A stretch of DNA of 64,000 bases from Promethearchaeota archaeon (GTDB taxonomy: Archaea > Asgardarchaeota > Lokiarchaeia > Sigyniarchaeales > SOKP01). Made by a program: the position numbers and the translations under genes. The notes below the pieces were generated by a model. That model made no database searches. It had not been told where the DNA came from and saw only the letters and a list, made by a program, of their open reading frames with translations. Each line of letters opens with the position of its first letter. Within the stretch, counting starts at the first letter, position 1. The DNA lies in NCBI GenBank assembly GCA_048940645.1, contig JBHLOI010000007.1, positions 47,077 through 111,076 on the forward strand. Direction: 5' to 3'. Positions 20,529 through 30,927 of this stretch are shown here, in pieces.

Positions 20529-21617
20529 CTAAAAGGATTTCATATTAGACGTAGTGATATAAGTAGAATCTCCAATAGTGATATTATTCTTTATTAAATC
20601 TTCCAAAATTGAATAATCTCCAATAATACTATTAGTTGATATTATTTTTTTCATGATTACACCATCTCCAATAACAGATTCAGAAAGAATACATTTATCA
20701 ATAACTAAATCATCTCCAATCGATACATTAGGGCCTATTACTGAATCAGTTATTTTTACATCTTTTCCAATAAATACAGGAGGAATAATCTTAGAATCTA
20801 CGATATTTCCAGAACGGAATTTGGTTTCATATAAAGGATCTTTTAACCTTATTTCTGAGAGAAGATGACGGTTACCATCTAATAAACTATCAGGGCGACC
20901 AAAATCTAAGATTTCGTTCTGCATTTCATTAACTTTAAGTTTAACACCTTCCTCAACTAACTTTTGAATAATTGGAGTTAATTGGTGTTCTTTTCCATTT
21001 TTAATTTCAACTTTTTTTTGCTCTTCTAACAATTGAAATAATCTTGGGGTTATAGTTTTCCCAAACAAATATGCTCCGGACACAGCATAATCAGAAATGA
21101 ACTCACTTGGTTTTTCCACTACTTTTTCTACATATCCAGTTTCATCAAACACCGTTACTCCATAATATTGAGGATTTTCAACTTTCTTTATATTAATAAT
21201 TCCTTCACAATTTCCTTGATGATAAGTTAGAAGAATAGATGAATAATCTTCTAAAGGTAAACGATCGCTAAGAAAAATAAAACAATCATCATTATAAGCA
21301 TAATCCTTAGCTAATAGTATCGCATCACCCAAACCACTAAAAAAAGGAGAATCTGCCTCGTAACCTAAAGGAATTTGTTCAATAAATTCTAAGTTAAAAT
21401 AATCAGAATAATTTTTTTGTAAATATTCAGTAATTTGCCTTTTCTTATATCCCACTATAAAACATATGTTCGTATCTTTGGGAAAGGTTTTTTTTAATTT
21501 GATTAAAATATGATCAATTAATCTTTTTCCTGCCACTTTTAAAAAAGCCTTAGGCTTAGAATATGTAAAAGGTTGAAGGCGTGTTCCTACTCCAGCAATG
21601 GGGCAAATTAACCACAT
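20529..21617 (-). CDS. Sugar-phosphate nucleotidyltransferase (RmlA-long/GlmU-like) with left-handed beta helix
   Basis: AGVGTRLQPFTYSKPK, GLGDA, VEKP, hexapeptide repeats. Confidence 0.9.
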   Translation of the reverse strand: MWLICPIAGVGTRLQPFTYSKPKAFLKVAGKRLIDHILIKLKKTFPKDTNICFIVGYKKRQITEYLQKNYSDYFNLEFIEQIPLGYEADSPFFSGLGDAILLAKDYAYNDDCFIFLSDRLPLEDYSSILLTYHQGNCEGIINIKKVENPQYYGVTVFDETGYVEKVVEKPSEFISDYAVSGAYLFGKTITPRLFQLLEEQKKVEIKNGKEHQLTPIIQKLVEEGVKLKVNEMQNEILDFGRPDSLLDGNRHLLSEIRLKDPLYETKFRSGNIVDSKIIPPVFIGKDVKITDSVIGPNVSIGDDLVIDKCILSESVIGDGVIMKKIISTNSIIGDYSILEDLIKNNITIGDSTYITTSNMKSF

Positions 21618-21665
21618 TCTACTCGGTTTTTTTGATGATTAACAAAATAATTTTATCAATTAAGA

Positions 21666-22190
21666 TTAATTTTCTAAAATTTTTCTTAAAGTCTCATAAT
21701 ATTCCGCTTCTTTTAATCTTTCTTTTATGGTATCTTTTAATTTTCTTAGATAGTAATTATCTGATGCTGTTCTATTAACGTTCCTTAATTTCTTGTTTAA
21801 AGCAATTCTAGTTTTTTCGTCTAAAAATGCTAGTGGAATTTGCCTATACTTATCCTTTAACTCAGACATACTTTCTTTCTGAGATCGGTTTTGAACATAA
21901 TTAGATTCAAGTCTCCTATATAAATTTTTTATCCACGTTTCAATTTTTAATAAATCTCCTTTTATATAATTTCTATCGTTTAACCATTCCTTAAATTTTA
22001 TAACTTCATTCAAAAAGTTTTCTGATTTGGTTAATATTGGCTTTTCCTGCTTACTTTTTTGAATTATTTGTTGTAGTTTTTTCTTTTTTAATTCTGTCTT
22101 TTCTTCCTTAGATAACTTATTATATTCCTCTTCTCTTTTTTCCCTATCCTCCCCAATTGTATCATCAGTAAGCCATTTTTTAATTGACAT
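21666..22190 (-). CDS. Hypothetical helical basic protein
   Basis: 174-aa ORF, MSIKKWL start, K/E rich. Confidence 0.65.
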   Translation of the reverse strand: MSIKKWLTDDTIGEDREKREEEYNKLSKEEKTELKKKKLQQIIQKSKQEKPILTKSENFLNEVIKFKEWLNDRNYIKGDLLKIETWIKNLYRRLESNYVQNRSQKESMSELKDKYRQIPLAFLDEKTRIALNKKLRNVNRTASDNYYLRKLKDTIKERLKEAEYYETLRKILEN

Positions 22191-22325
22191 GGTATTTCAA
22201 ATAAAATATTAATTTTTCTTAAAAAACATGTTTATTATTAAACCTTTAACAAAACTGAATTAAATTGAATTTATAAAAAGAGAGAGATAGATTAAAATTT
22301 AAAAAGAATTTTAATAAAATAGAAT

Positions 22326-23075
22326 ATGAAAATTGAAGGTTTAATATTTGATTTTGGTTTTACTTTATTTGAATTCAAGAATGCTTCTGTAGAGAAATAT
22401 TTTGAATGTTTTAGAAAAGGGCTTAGAAAGTCAATAGAAAAATTGAAGGAAACTAATATTTTAAACAACGAGGAAATCATTAAACAATTTTCCAAATTGT
22501 TCAATAAAAAAAGATCTCAATATTTTAAACAAAGTCTCAAGACAAAAAAAGAATTCCCCACTTCGAATGTATTTGAATTAGTATTAGAAGAATTGAATAT
22601 AGAGAAAGTTAATAGAGAAATTTATCTCGAATTAGCAGATTTATATCATTCATATGAAGAGAAAGAATGGGTTCCTTTCAAAAATACGAAAGATACTTTA
22701 GAAAAGTTATCAAATTTTAAAAATCTTAAAATGGCCGTTCTATCTAACCATCCACATCATATGACAATAATTAATTTACTTAAAAAGTATGATTTAATGG
22801 AATTTTTTAATGCTGTGGTTACATCTGCTAAATTTGGAAAAAGAAAACCTGATCCCGATATTTTTTTATATACACTAAAAAAAATGGGTTTGGAAAAACC
22901 TGAAACATGCATGGTTTGTGGGGATGAACATGCAGACATTGTTGGTGGAGATAAAGCGGGATTACAAACCATTTTGTGTAATAGAATGCTTAAATTTCCA
23001 TTTGAAAGAGAAATCAATGTTCCAAATTATATAAAAGTAAATGACATTTCAGAGATATTAAACCATATTCATTAA
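22326..23075 (+). CDS. HAD superfamily hydrolase
   Basis: FDFGFTL, LSN, KPDP, GD..ADI.G. Confidence 0.9.
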   Translation: MKIEGLIFDFGFTLFEFKNASVEKYFECFRKGLRKSIEKLKETNILNNEEIIKQFSKLFNKKRSQYFKQSLKTKKEFPTSNVFELVLEELNIEKVNREIYLELADLYHSYEEKEWVPFKNTKDTLEKLSNFKNLKMAVLSNHPHHMTIINLLKKYDLMEFFNAVVTSAKFGKRKPDPDIFLYTLKKMGLEKPETCMVCGDEHADIVGGDKAGLQTILCNRMLKFPFEREINVPNYIKVNDISEILNHIH

Positions 23076-23090
23076 GTTAAAAAGCAACTT

Positions 23091-24329
23091 ATGGAAGGGA
23101 AGATAATGAGTCAAGCAAAAATTCCTCATGATCTATTAATAAAAATTGTTAAAGAGAAACATAAACTCATCCCAAAAATTATGAAAGAAAGCGAAATTGA
23201 CTGCTGGCTAATCTTTGCTCGCGAAACTTCTGTTAACCCTGATCCCATTATGAATCAAATAATTGGTGGTGATGTAGTTTGGAGTTCTGCTTTTGTCTTT
23301 GCATTTGAAGGAGTAAACTTAACTAAAACGGCTATAGTTGGTGATTTTGATGCTTTAGCCGAAGAAAGAAAAGGTATTTGGGATGTTGTCATTCCTTATA
23401 AAGAAGGAATTAGTGCTCCTATGAAAGAACTTTTTGAGAGGATTAATCCATCTAAGATTGCTCTCAATTATTCTGAGCATGATGTAATTTCAGATGGGCT
23501 CTCTCATGGAATGTTTCTTAAACTCACTTCAATTTTACCTGATAAAAAGGATATTTTTATAAGCGCTACACCACTAATTCAAGCTATTCGAGGGCGAAAG
23601 ACAAAGACAGAAATTGAACTTGTCACAAAAGCTTGTGAGCTTACTGAAGAAATTAATCAAAAAATGACTAAGTTGATAAAAATTGGAATGAATGAAACGG
23701 AAATTCAGAACCTATTTCATAAAGAGATGGATAAGTACGACGTAATTGAAGCTTGGCAGCGTGTTTCATGCCCTGCTATAGATGCTGGGCCTGATAAAGA
23801 ATTTGGACATGTTGGACCTCTCCCTAATTCCAAAACAAAAAAGGGACATATTTTACATAATGATTTAGGAGTAAAATTTAACGGGTATTGTTCGGATTTG
23901 CAGAGAATGTGGTTTTTTGGACCCGAAGATGAAATACCAGAAGAATTAAAACACGCTTTTAAAACCGTCCATGGAGCAATTACTAAGGCGGCGGAATATA
24001 TCAAACCAGGTGTTACCGGATTTTCAGTGGACAAAGTAGCTCGTGATTATGTTAAATCCCAAGGTTATGAAGAATATGCTCATGCTTTAGGACATCAACT
24101 AGGTACTAATGCTCATGATGGAGGTGTCTTACTTGGTCCACTCTGGGAACGATACGGGGATATTCCCAAAGGAATAGTTGAAGAAGGAAATATTTTTACT
24201 CTTGAACTCTATGTTAAAACGAAAAATTATGGAATGATTTCATTGGAAGAAGATATCGTTGTTACAACGGACGGTTGTCGATTTTTAGTCCCAAGATGCG
24301 ATAAATTTATTACAATAGAAGATACTTAA
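23091..24329 (+). CDS. Xaa-Pro aminopeptidase (M24B)
   Basis: GH, DLG...YCSDLQR, HALGHQLG..AHD, FTLE, LEED. Confidence 0.9.
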   Translation: MEGKIMSQAKIPHDLLIKIVKEKHKLIPKIMKESEIDCWLIFARETSVNPDPIMNQIIGGDVVWSSAFVFAFEGVNLTKTAIVGDFDALAEERKGIWDVVIPYKEGISAPMKELFERINPSKIALNYSEHDVISDGLSHGMFLKLTSILPDKKDIFISATPLIQAIRGRKTKTEIELVTKACELTEEINQKMTKLIKIGMNETEIQNLFHKEMDKYDVIEAWQRVSCPAIDAGPDKEFGHVGPLPNSKTKKGHILHNDLGVKFNGYCSDLQRMWFFGPEDEIPEELKHAFKTVHGAITKAAEYIKPGVTGFSVDKVARDYVKSQGYEEYAHALGHQLGTNAHDGGVLLGPLWERYGDIPKGIVEEGNIFTLELYVKTKNYGMISLEEDIVVTTDGCRFLVPRCDKFITIEDT

Positions 24330-24355
24330 CTAATTTAAGTTAATTTGAAATTTAA

Positions 24356-24488
24356 TGGTCTGGGGGGGATTTGAACCCTCGATTTCCAGTCTAGTATTTA
24401 ATACAAGATATCTGGCTCCGCAAGCCAGCGCCCTATTTATGCTATGTTATTGAAAACAAAATAGCAATCCAAGCTAGACTACCAGACC
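24356..24488 (-). tRNA. tRNA-Arg(GCG) with two non-canonical introns (24435-24466, D-loop; 24384-24409, variable loop)
   Basis: Removing 32 and 26 nt gives a 75-nt cloverleaf: GGTCTGG TA GTCT AGCTTGGATA GGGC G CTGGC TTGCGGA GCCAG ATATC GAGGG TTCAAAT CCCCC CCAGACC A; CCA not encoded. Confidence 0.92.
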
Positions 24489-24569
24489 TTTTGAAATGAT
24501 TTATTTGTAATTTTTAATAATTATTGAGTAACTATAATACTTTTCTAATAATTCTCAATAATTAAAGTT

Positions 24570-25238
24570 ATGTTTGATCAATACAGTGTTATATTTGATA
24601 TGGATGGTGTGCTAGCAGATACTGGTCCAATTCATTTTGACAGCTGGCTAAAAATGGCTAATGAAATTGGATACCATTTTAGTAAAAAATTATTCGAGAA
24701 GACATTCGGTCAACAAAGCCCTACAATAGTGAGGAAATTAGTAGGATCTGAGATAGAACAAGAACTCGTGGATAAATGGGCAGCTCTTAAAGAACAGTAT
24801 TATAGAAAAATGGTAAAAGATAAATTAAAACCATTACCTGGAGTGAAACGCTTAATCCAGGAACTTAAATCTTATAATTTCAAATTGGCAGTTGGTTCAA
24901 GTGGACCTCGTGAAAATGTGGAATTATTAATTAATGTTTTGCAATTAAAAGAAGATTTTGATGTCTTGATTAGTGCTGCCGAAGTTAAAAATGGAAAACC
25001 AGCACCGGATGTCTTTTTAATTTCTGCTAAAAAATTGAAAACAAAACCTAAAAATTGTCTTGTCATAGAAGATGCTCCAGTAGGAATTGAAGCTGCAAAA
25101 AGGGCGGGTATGAAATCAATTGCACTTACTACAACTCATGAAAAAAATGAGCTCCTTAATGCTGATCTAATTGTAAAAGATTTATCAGAAGTGAGTCTTC
25201 ACGATATAATGCTATTATTAAAAATAGTTCAGAAGTAG
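24570..25238 (+). CDS. HAD phosphatase (beta-PGM/CbbY-like)
   Basis: FDMDGVL, SS, KPAPD, EDAP.GI.AA..AGM. Confidence 0.92.
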   Translation: MFDQYSVIFDMDGVLADTGPIHFDSWLKMANEIGYHFSKKLFEKTFGQQSPTIVRKLVGSEIEQELVDKWAALKEQYYRKMVKDKLKPLPGVKRLIQELKSYNFKLAVGSSGPRENVELLINVLQLKEDFDVLISAAEVKNGKPAPDVFLISAKKLKTKPKNCLVIEDAPVGIEAAKRAGMKSIALTTTHEKNELLNADLIVKDLSEVSLHDIMLLLKIVQK

Positions 25239-25243
25239 TTTAT

Positions 25244-25915
25244 ATGATTTTTTTATGTTTTGGTAATTCATTGACAGCTGGTTGGCCTGGATATTATCCC
25301 CATTCAGATGGAGTTTCAAGGGGAAATGGAAATTTCCAGTCTCAATATGAATATTGGCTAAAAGAATACTGTGTTGAGTATATTGAAAAAAAAATTAATA
25401 AAGAAAAAGCATCTATCTCAAAAGAGATAATTTTTGTAAATAGAGGAATACCTGGAGATACTTCAAGTGGCTTGTTATACAGAATCGATGATTTAATAGC
25501 ATATAAACCAAAACCAAATTATTCTATCATAATAATTGGAACGAATGATTTGGGTTGGAGTAGTTCTACTCAAAAAATTCTTAAAAACATAATGGATCTT
25601 CATAGAATCTCAAAAAATAACAAAATACTCTCTTTAGGGGGATTGATCCCGCCAATAACTAAAAGAGCTTCAAGTCAAAGATATGATATAATTCAATCTG
25701 ATTTTAATGAAGAATTAAAAGAATTTTTCATGAAAAACAATATTCCGTTTACTGATTACTCCTATATGAAAGATGAGGAAAATTATTTAAAACCAGAATT
25801 TACAACGGGAGATGGTGTACATTTTTCAGTTGATGGTTATAAACATATGGGGTTAAGCATTTTTGAAAATGTAATTAAACATATTATAGACGAAGAAATT
25901 AATGAATTTAGGTAG
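25244..25915 (+). CDS. SGNH/GDSL hydrolase
   Basis: FGNSLTAG, NRGIPG, GTND, DGVH. Confidence 0.9.
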   Translation: MIFLCFGNSLTAGWPGYYPHSDGVSRGNGNFQSQYEYWLKEYCVEYIEKKINKEKASISKEIIFVNRGIPGDTSSGLLYRIDDLIAYKPKPNYSIIIIGTNDLGWSSSTQKILKNIMDLHRISKNNKILSLGGLIPPITKRASSQRYDIIQSDFNEELKEFFMKNNIPFTDYSYMKDEENYLKPEFTTGDGVHFSVDGYKHMGLSIFENVIKHIIDEEINEFR

Positions 25916-25948
25916 TCAACATCAAAAATATAGTCTATAAGAGTTAAG

Positions 25949-26284
25949 TTACCCAAAATAATCTGGTTTACTAGATACTAACGTAGTTGTTTCTTCAATC
26001 CACTGAGATAATTGATTATCTACGCGCATATAAGTCACAATTTTATCTAACTCTTGTAATTTAGTGAATGAGCATTCAACAACAAGATCCCATCCTCCAT
26101 AAACCGGTGTAACATAAGTTACCCTCCAATTTTCTTCGGATTCAGTTGATTTGAGACTTGAAAGCTTCTCAACGACTTTCCATTCTGTGCCTATGGTTTT
26201 AAGTCTTACTAGTATATATCCCCGATAAAACATTTTTTTATTTCTACTTTTTAGATGACTATTACCATTATTGTTATTTAACAA
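25949..26284 (-). CDS. Stand-alone Lrp/AsnC ligand-binding (RAM) domain protein; start probably MFYRG (~26233)
   Basis: YILV, VYGGWDLVVE, IEETTTLV. Confidence 0.75.
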   Translation of the reverse strand: MLNNNNGNSHLKSRNKKMFYRGYILVRLKTIGTEWKVVEKLSSLKSTESEENWRVTYVTPVYGGWDLVVECSFTKLQELDKIVTYMRVDNQLSQWIEETTTLVSSKPDYFG

Positions 26285-26374
26285 TTGCTAAAAAAATTAT
26301 CTTTTTGAAAACTATATATTATTAATAAAATTAAGATTTAGTAGATTATCTCTCTATCTTGTTGATTCTGATAT

Positions 26375-28135
26375 ATGAATGAGAAAGAAATCAAAAAACT
26401 ATTATGGATAATGGGCCTTAAAAACGCCATTGAATTTCAAGGAAGCCCCGATAAAAAGGCGGTAATGGGAAAGTTAATGTCACAAAGACCAGATTTAAGA
26501 CCGCATGCGAAAGAAATAATTCCGCTCTTAAATGAGATTATGCCAAAAATCTCAAAATTAAGTATCGAGAAACAAAAAGAAGAGCTATTACAACGAGATC
26601 CCCATGCCTTAGATAAAAAAGAACCGAAAGAGGAACAAAAAAGTTTACCGGATTTACAAAATATTGAAAAATTCGAAAAAATTGTAATGCGGTTAGCACC
26701 TTATCCTAGTGGTGCGTTACACATTGGAAACGCTAGAATGGTTATATTAAATGATGAATATGTAAAGAGATACAACGGAGAGTTAATTCTATTTTTTGAT
26801 GATACAATAGGGAGTCCACTATCATTGAGAGCTAGTCCTAAGGCAAAATATGTAATTCCTGAGGCTTATGGGCTAATAGAAGAAGGACTTAAATGGTTGG
26901 GAGTCAACTATTCAAAAGTTTTTTATAAAAGTGAAAGATTAGAAATTTTTTATGATTACTGTGAAAAATTAATAAATGGGAATATTGCATACATTTGCTT
27001 TTGCTCTGCTGACATATTTAGAGAAAAATACAAAAAAGACCAAAAAAATTGTCCTCACAGGGATCAGTCAATTGAAAAGAATCTAGAGGAATGGAATAAT
27101 ATGCTCAATAAAAAGTATAGCGAGGGTGAGGCAGTAGTGAGATTAAAAACCGGAATGGACCAAAAAGACCCTGCTTTAAGAGATCAAATTATTATGAGGA
27201 TTTCTGAAGCAGAACATCCTCGAACAGGAGATAAATACATTGTTTGGCCAATGCTGGAATTTTCTTGGGCAATTGATGACCATTTAATAGGGGTATCTCA
27301 CATTCTCAGAGGAGTAGATTTAGTTAAAGAAGATTTTATTGAAGATTTTATATGGGAACATTTTAATTGGAAAAGAGCGGAATTTTTGCATTATGGAAGA
27401 ATAAAATTTCCAAATATAAAATTAAGTAAAACAGAAGCAAGAAATAATATACAGAATGGAATATATGAAGGTTGGGATGATCCAAGAACCTGGAGTTTAC
27501 AGTCCTTAGCAAAGAGAGGAATAAGACCAAAAGCGTTGAGAGAAGCTTTATATGATCTTGGCATGTCACTCTCAGGTATCACATTTGATGAGGATTGGTT
27601 ATATTCAAAAAATAAAGCTATAATTGATGAAATTTCAGATAGATATTTTTATGTAGAAAATCCCATATTAATTGAAATTTCAAAAATCCCCTTCTTAGAA
27701 TATTGCGCAGAGCCTTTATTATTACCATCAAATCCTAATAAAGGAAATAGAAATATAAGAGGAAAAGCAAAAAAAGGAAAGATATACATTTTCATCTCAG
27801 AGAAAGATGCTGAAAAGCTAAAACCCAGAGACATTATTCGCTTAAAAGATTTGGTAAACATTCAAATTGATTCTTTGGATTTAAAGAATAAGAAAGTAAA
27901 AGCAAACTATTATAGTTTAAAATTAAATAGAGATTTTGCAATAATCCACTGGGTTCCTAAAGATGAATATATAAATATATCAATTCTAAAACCAGACGGT
28001 ACTATTTCGAAGGGTTATGGGGAAGTAAATCTCGTAAACATTCCCCTAAATAAACCTGTGCAGTTTGAAAGATATGGATTTGTTAATCCAATAGAAAGAG
28101 ATAATAATGAATTATTTTGCTATTTTACACATTAA
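26375..28135 (+). CDS. gltX: Glutamyl-tRNA synthetase (archaeal type)
   Basis: RLAPYPSGALHIGN, DDT, SHILRG.D, KLSK, GWDDPR, QFERYGF. Confidence 0.97.
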   Translation: MNEKEIKKLLWIMGLKNAIEFQGSPDKKAVMGKLMSQRPDLRPHAKEIIPLLNEIMPKISKLSIEKQKEELLQRDPHALDKKEPKEEQKSLPDLQNIEKFEKIVMRLAPYPSGALHIGNARMVILNDEYVKRYNGELILFFDDTIGSPLSLRASPKAKYVIPEAYGLIEEGLKWLGVNYSKVFYKSERLEIFYDYCEKLINGNIAYICFCSADIFREKYKKDQKNCPHRDQSIEKNLEEWNNMLNKKYSEGEAVVRLKTGMDQKDPALRDQIIMRISEAEHPRTGDKYIVWPMLEFSWAIDDHLIGVSHILRGVDLVKEDFIEDFIWEHFNWKRAEFLHYGRIKFPNIKLSKTEARNNIQNGIYEGWDDPRTWSLQSLAKRGIRPKALREALYDLGMSLSGITFDEDWLYSKNKAIIDEISDRYFYVENPILIEISKIPFLEYCAEPLLLPSNPNKGNRNIRGKAKKGKIYIFISEKDAEKLKPRDIIRLKDLVNIQIDSLDLKNKKVKANYYSLKLNRDFAIIHWVPKDEYINISILKPDGTISKGYGEVNLVNIPLNKPVQFERYGFVNPIERDNNELFCYFTH

Positions 28136-28223
28136 CCTGGCTTCTAATAGTATATTCATCATTTTTAGATCAATTTTTAATTTAGAACCAATAATTATTA
28201 TTAAGTGAATTCATAATATAAAA

Positions 28224-29300
28224 ATGAATATGAATGAAGAAGAACACAAGGAAAATATGTTTCTGAGTAAAAAAGAATGGACCTTCTGTCCTTCATGTGG
28301 ATTTAAACTTCCAGAAATAGATAGACAAAGATATTGTATTAAGTGTGGAGTGGACCTAGAATATATTAAAAGTAACGTTATTTCACGTCCACCATCGCCT
28401 ATTGATATAAGCACATATAGATCCGAGTGGGATCAAGAAAAAATTGCAGATAAGGATATTTTAAATCTTGGAGAAAAACCATTATGGGGTAGTTTTTATT
28501 CAATAGGCATTCCTATACTTGCTTTTATTTTAATGTTTTTTTTAGGAACTATTATAATGTCATTTCTTGTTCCTTTGGTATCTAATTTAGAAGAACTTAC
28601 GGCCTTGATGTTTAATCCATATTTTGTTGTTCTACTTTCGTTTACTGAATTAATTTTTATATTAGTTCCAGTTTATTATGTCGGTAAGTATCTTCAAAAT
28701 CCTAAATTCAATAATCGTTTAATGTTATTAGGGTTCACCCTAAAGGGTAATGATAATTTTAAACCTGTAAAAGAAGTCTTTATTGGTTTAGCATTTGCAG
28801 TTTTAGGAATACTTTTAGTGTTTTCAGTATCATTCCTTATTGAAATTATTTTAGAATTGATTTTTGGCGTAGATATTGTGTTTACTGGAGGTGGCTCATT
28901 AAATGAAATAGATATAATTCTAGCTAATTCTGACATTTTATCTCTAATATTTCTCGCAATTACTATGATATTAATCGTCGGTACTTCAGAAGAATTGTTA
29001 TTTAGAGGATTCATGCAAAAAGGTTTAGTAAGGACTGTTGGAAAGTACGGAGGACTTATTATCACAGCACTAATCTTCTCCTCAATCCATCTAATAGGAA
29101 TTTTCCAAATAGGCAATGCTAATCCAATAGATTATCTACTTTCCTTTTTACTCAACTTCTTCCCATATTTTGCATTATCCCTATTGTTGGGATTTTTATT
29201 TTATTGGAGAAAAGAAAATCTTATTGCTGTTGTTATTATGCATGGTTTTTATAATGCAATAACGATAATTATAGCTTATATCTATTTTAACTTTATTTGA
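28224..29300 (+). CDS. CPBP/Abi (Rce1-like) intramembrane protease with N-terminal zinc ribbon
   Basis: CPSCG..CIKCG; EELLFRG, FSSIH, HGFYN. Confidence 0.92.
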   Translation: MNMNEEEHKENMFLSKKEWTFCPSCGFKLPEIDRQRYCIKCGVDLEYIKSNVISRPPSPIDISTYRSEWDQEKIADKDILNLGEKPLWGSFYSIGIPILAFILMFFLGTIIMSFLVPLVSNLEELTALMFNPYFVVLLSFTELIFILVPVYYVGKYLQNPKFNNRLMLLGFTLKGNDNFKPVKEVFIGLAFAVLGILLVFSVSFLIEIILELIFGVDIVFTGGGSLNEIDIILANSDILSLIFLAITMILIVGTSEELLFRGFMQKGLVRTVGKYGGLIITALIFSSIHLIGIFQIGNANPIDYLLSFLLNFFPYFALSLLLGFLFYWRKENLIAVVIMHGFYNAITIIIAYIYFNFI

Positions 29301-29320
29301 ATTGCACATTTTAGTATTTT

Positions 29321-30178
29321 ATGAACTTCTTAAATTTTTTCAAATCAAAAGCCAAAGGAAAAATTGCTAACATTGGAATTGGTCTTGGAAGTGAGCAATC
29401 TCAAAATTTAAAGGTTTTTAAAGCAACACAATATTTTTTAAGGAAAAATTCATCGAAAATTTATTTTTTTGGTGAACCAAAAGCAATATCACAACTATTA
29501 AACGAATCAATTACCTCTAAATTTAATTTTGACTTAATCAAAAGTAGTGAGCCAGAAAAAGATATTATAAATTATTTAAAAGAAAATACCATCAATGCTG
29601 TGATAAGAGGTAACTTAAGTTCTAATAAATTTCTTATGCATTTAAAGCACATATTAAATATTTCAGAAATAAATCGTTTAGCTTTACTTGAGTCTTTTGA
29701 TGGTGAACAATTCTTTTTTGGACCCGTTGGCATTGATGAGTGCAATAATTTTCAAAAAAAAATTAACTTTATTGAAAATGCTATAGTCCTGTTTCAATCT
29801 TTAGACGTTGAGCCACGAATAGGTATTTTGAGCGGTGGTAGATTAAGTGATATTGGTCGTGATGAATATGTGGATGAATCTATTAATATAGCTAAACAAG
29901 TAGAAACTTATCTCAAGGACAAATATCCTAAATTGACTATTAAACATCATGAGATATTAATTGAAGCCAGCCTTAAAAAGAAGTCAAATTTAATCATTGC
30001 TCCAGACGGCATTTCCGGAAATTTAATCTATCGTACCTTAGTTCATCTAGGTGGTGGTAAAGCATATGGAGCTATCTATATGGGTTTAAATTCTACAATC
30101 ATAGATACATCAAGAGTAGGTAAAATATCTGAAATAGAAGGAGCTTTAATTCTCAGCTTAGCATTGATAAATGCTTAA
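29321..30178 (+). CDS. mtxX: MtxX / methanogenesis marker 4 family protein
   Basis: RG.LSS, GPVGIDE, SGGR..D.GR, APDGISGNLIYR.L..LGGG..YGA, DTSR. Confidence 0.85.
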   Translation: MNFLNFFKSKAKGKIANIGIGLGSEQSQNLKVFKATQYFLRKNSSKIYFFGEPKAISQLLNESITSKFNFDLIKSSEPEKDIINYLKENTINAVIRGNLSSNKFLMHLKHILNISEINRLALLESFDGEQFFFGPVGIDECNNFQKKINFIENAIVLFQSLDVEPRIGILSGGRLSDIGRDEYVDESINIAKQVETYLKDKYPKLTIKHHEILIEASLKKKSNLIIAPDGISGNLIYRTLVHLGGGKAYGAIYMGLNSTIIDTSRVGKISEIEGALILSLALINA

Positions 30179-30212
30179 ACAAATAAAAAAGGAAAAAATA
30201 TTGTTTAAGGTG

Positions 30213-30512
30213 CTAACTAATAGCTCCGATAAGGGTGGCTAGAAGTACAATAATGCCCCCAATCAAAACAGCACAGACAATTAGACCTACTCCCAGGATC
30301 CCTAAAAATGTTGGAGTATAATGAATTGGTCTAATTCCTAATCCTATTACTAATATTGAACCAAATATTCCTAAAATAAGTCCTAAAATTCCAAAGTTGT
30401 AAGGCATTATACTTGTTCCGGTTATTACTAAAATAGTTTCTATAAGAGAAACTATTCCCCCTATAACTGCGAAAACTCGCATAACTTTATCTGTTTCTTG
30501 AAGTTCACTCAT
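30213..30512 (-). CDS. Small Gly-rich membrane protein
   Basis: 3-4 hydrophobic helices. Confidence 0.7.
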   Translation of the reverse strand: MSELQETDKVMRVFAVIGGIVSLIETILVITGTSIMPYNFGILGLILGIFGSILVIGLGIRPIHYTPTFLGILGVGLIVCAVLIGGIIVLLATLIGAIS

Positions 30513-30637
30513 TTTAGAGTCACTCTCTTATAAAAATGGTTTTTAATTTAAAAATAACATAATGATACTTAAAAAGTTATACCAATCAATATTTTAATAA
30601 TTCTTATTTATAGGAAAAAATTTTTAGAAAAAGTTGA

Positions 30638-30741
30638 TGGGAGAGGGGGGATTTGAACCCCCGACCACTCGGCCCCCAGCCGATTAGATTTAGTTCGGTA
30701 AAACCAAGCTAAGGTATCATACCATTCTAGACCACCCTCCC
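30638..30741 (-). tRNA. tRNA-Pro(GGG) with a 30-nt non-canonical intron (30684-30713, position 27/28)
   Basis: Spliced 74-nt cloverleaf: GGGAGGG TG GTCT AGAATGGTA TGAT A CTCGG CTGGGGG CCGAG TGGTC GGGGG TTCAAAT CCCCC CTCTCCC A. Confidence 0.92.
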
Positions 30742-30927
30742 ATTTAAGGAAAGGATGTTAATTTTAGAGTTTAGAACTTGAAATAGCGTTATCTTTGTTT
30801 TGTATACTTAAAAATCTTAAATTCTATTTATTTTTAATTATCCTTATACATTGTACTAATAATTTTTAAATTCTTTAGAGGGTTTTTAAACTTATAATTT
30901 TTAAAAATAGAAAACTTTGATAATTTC

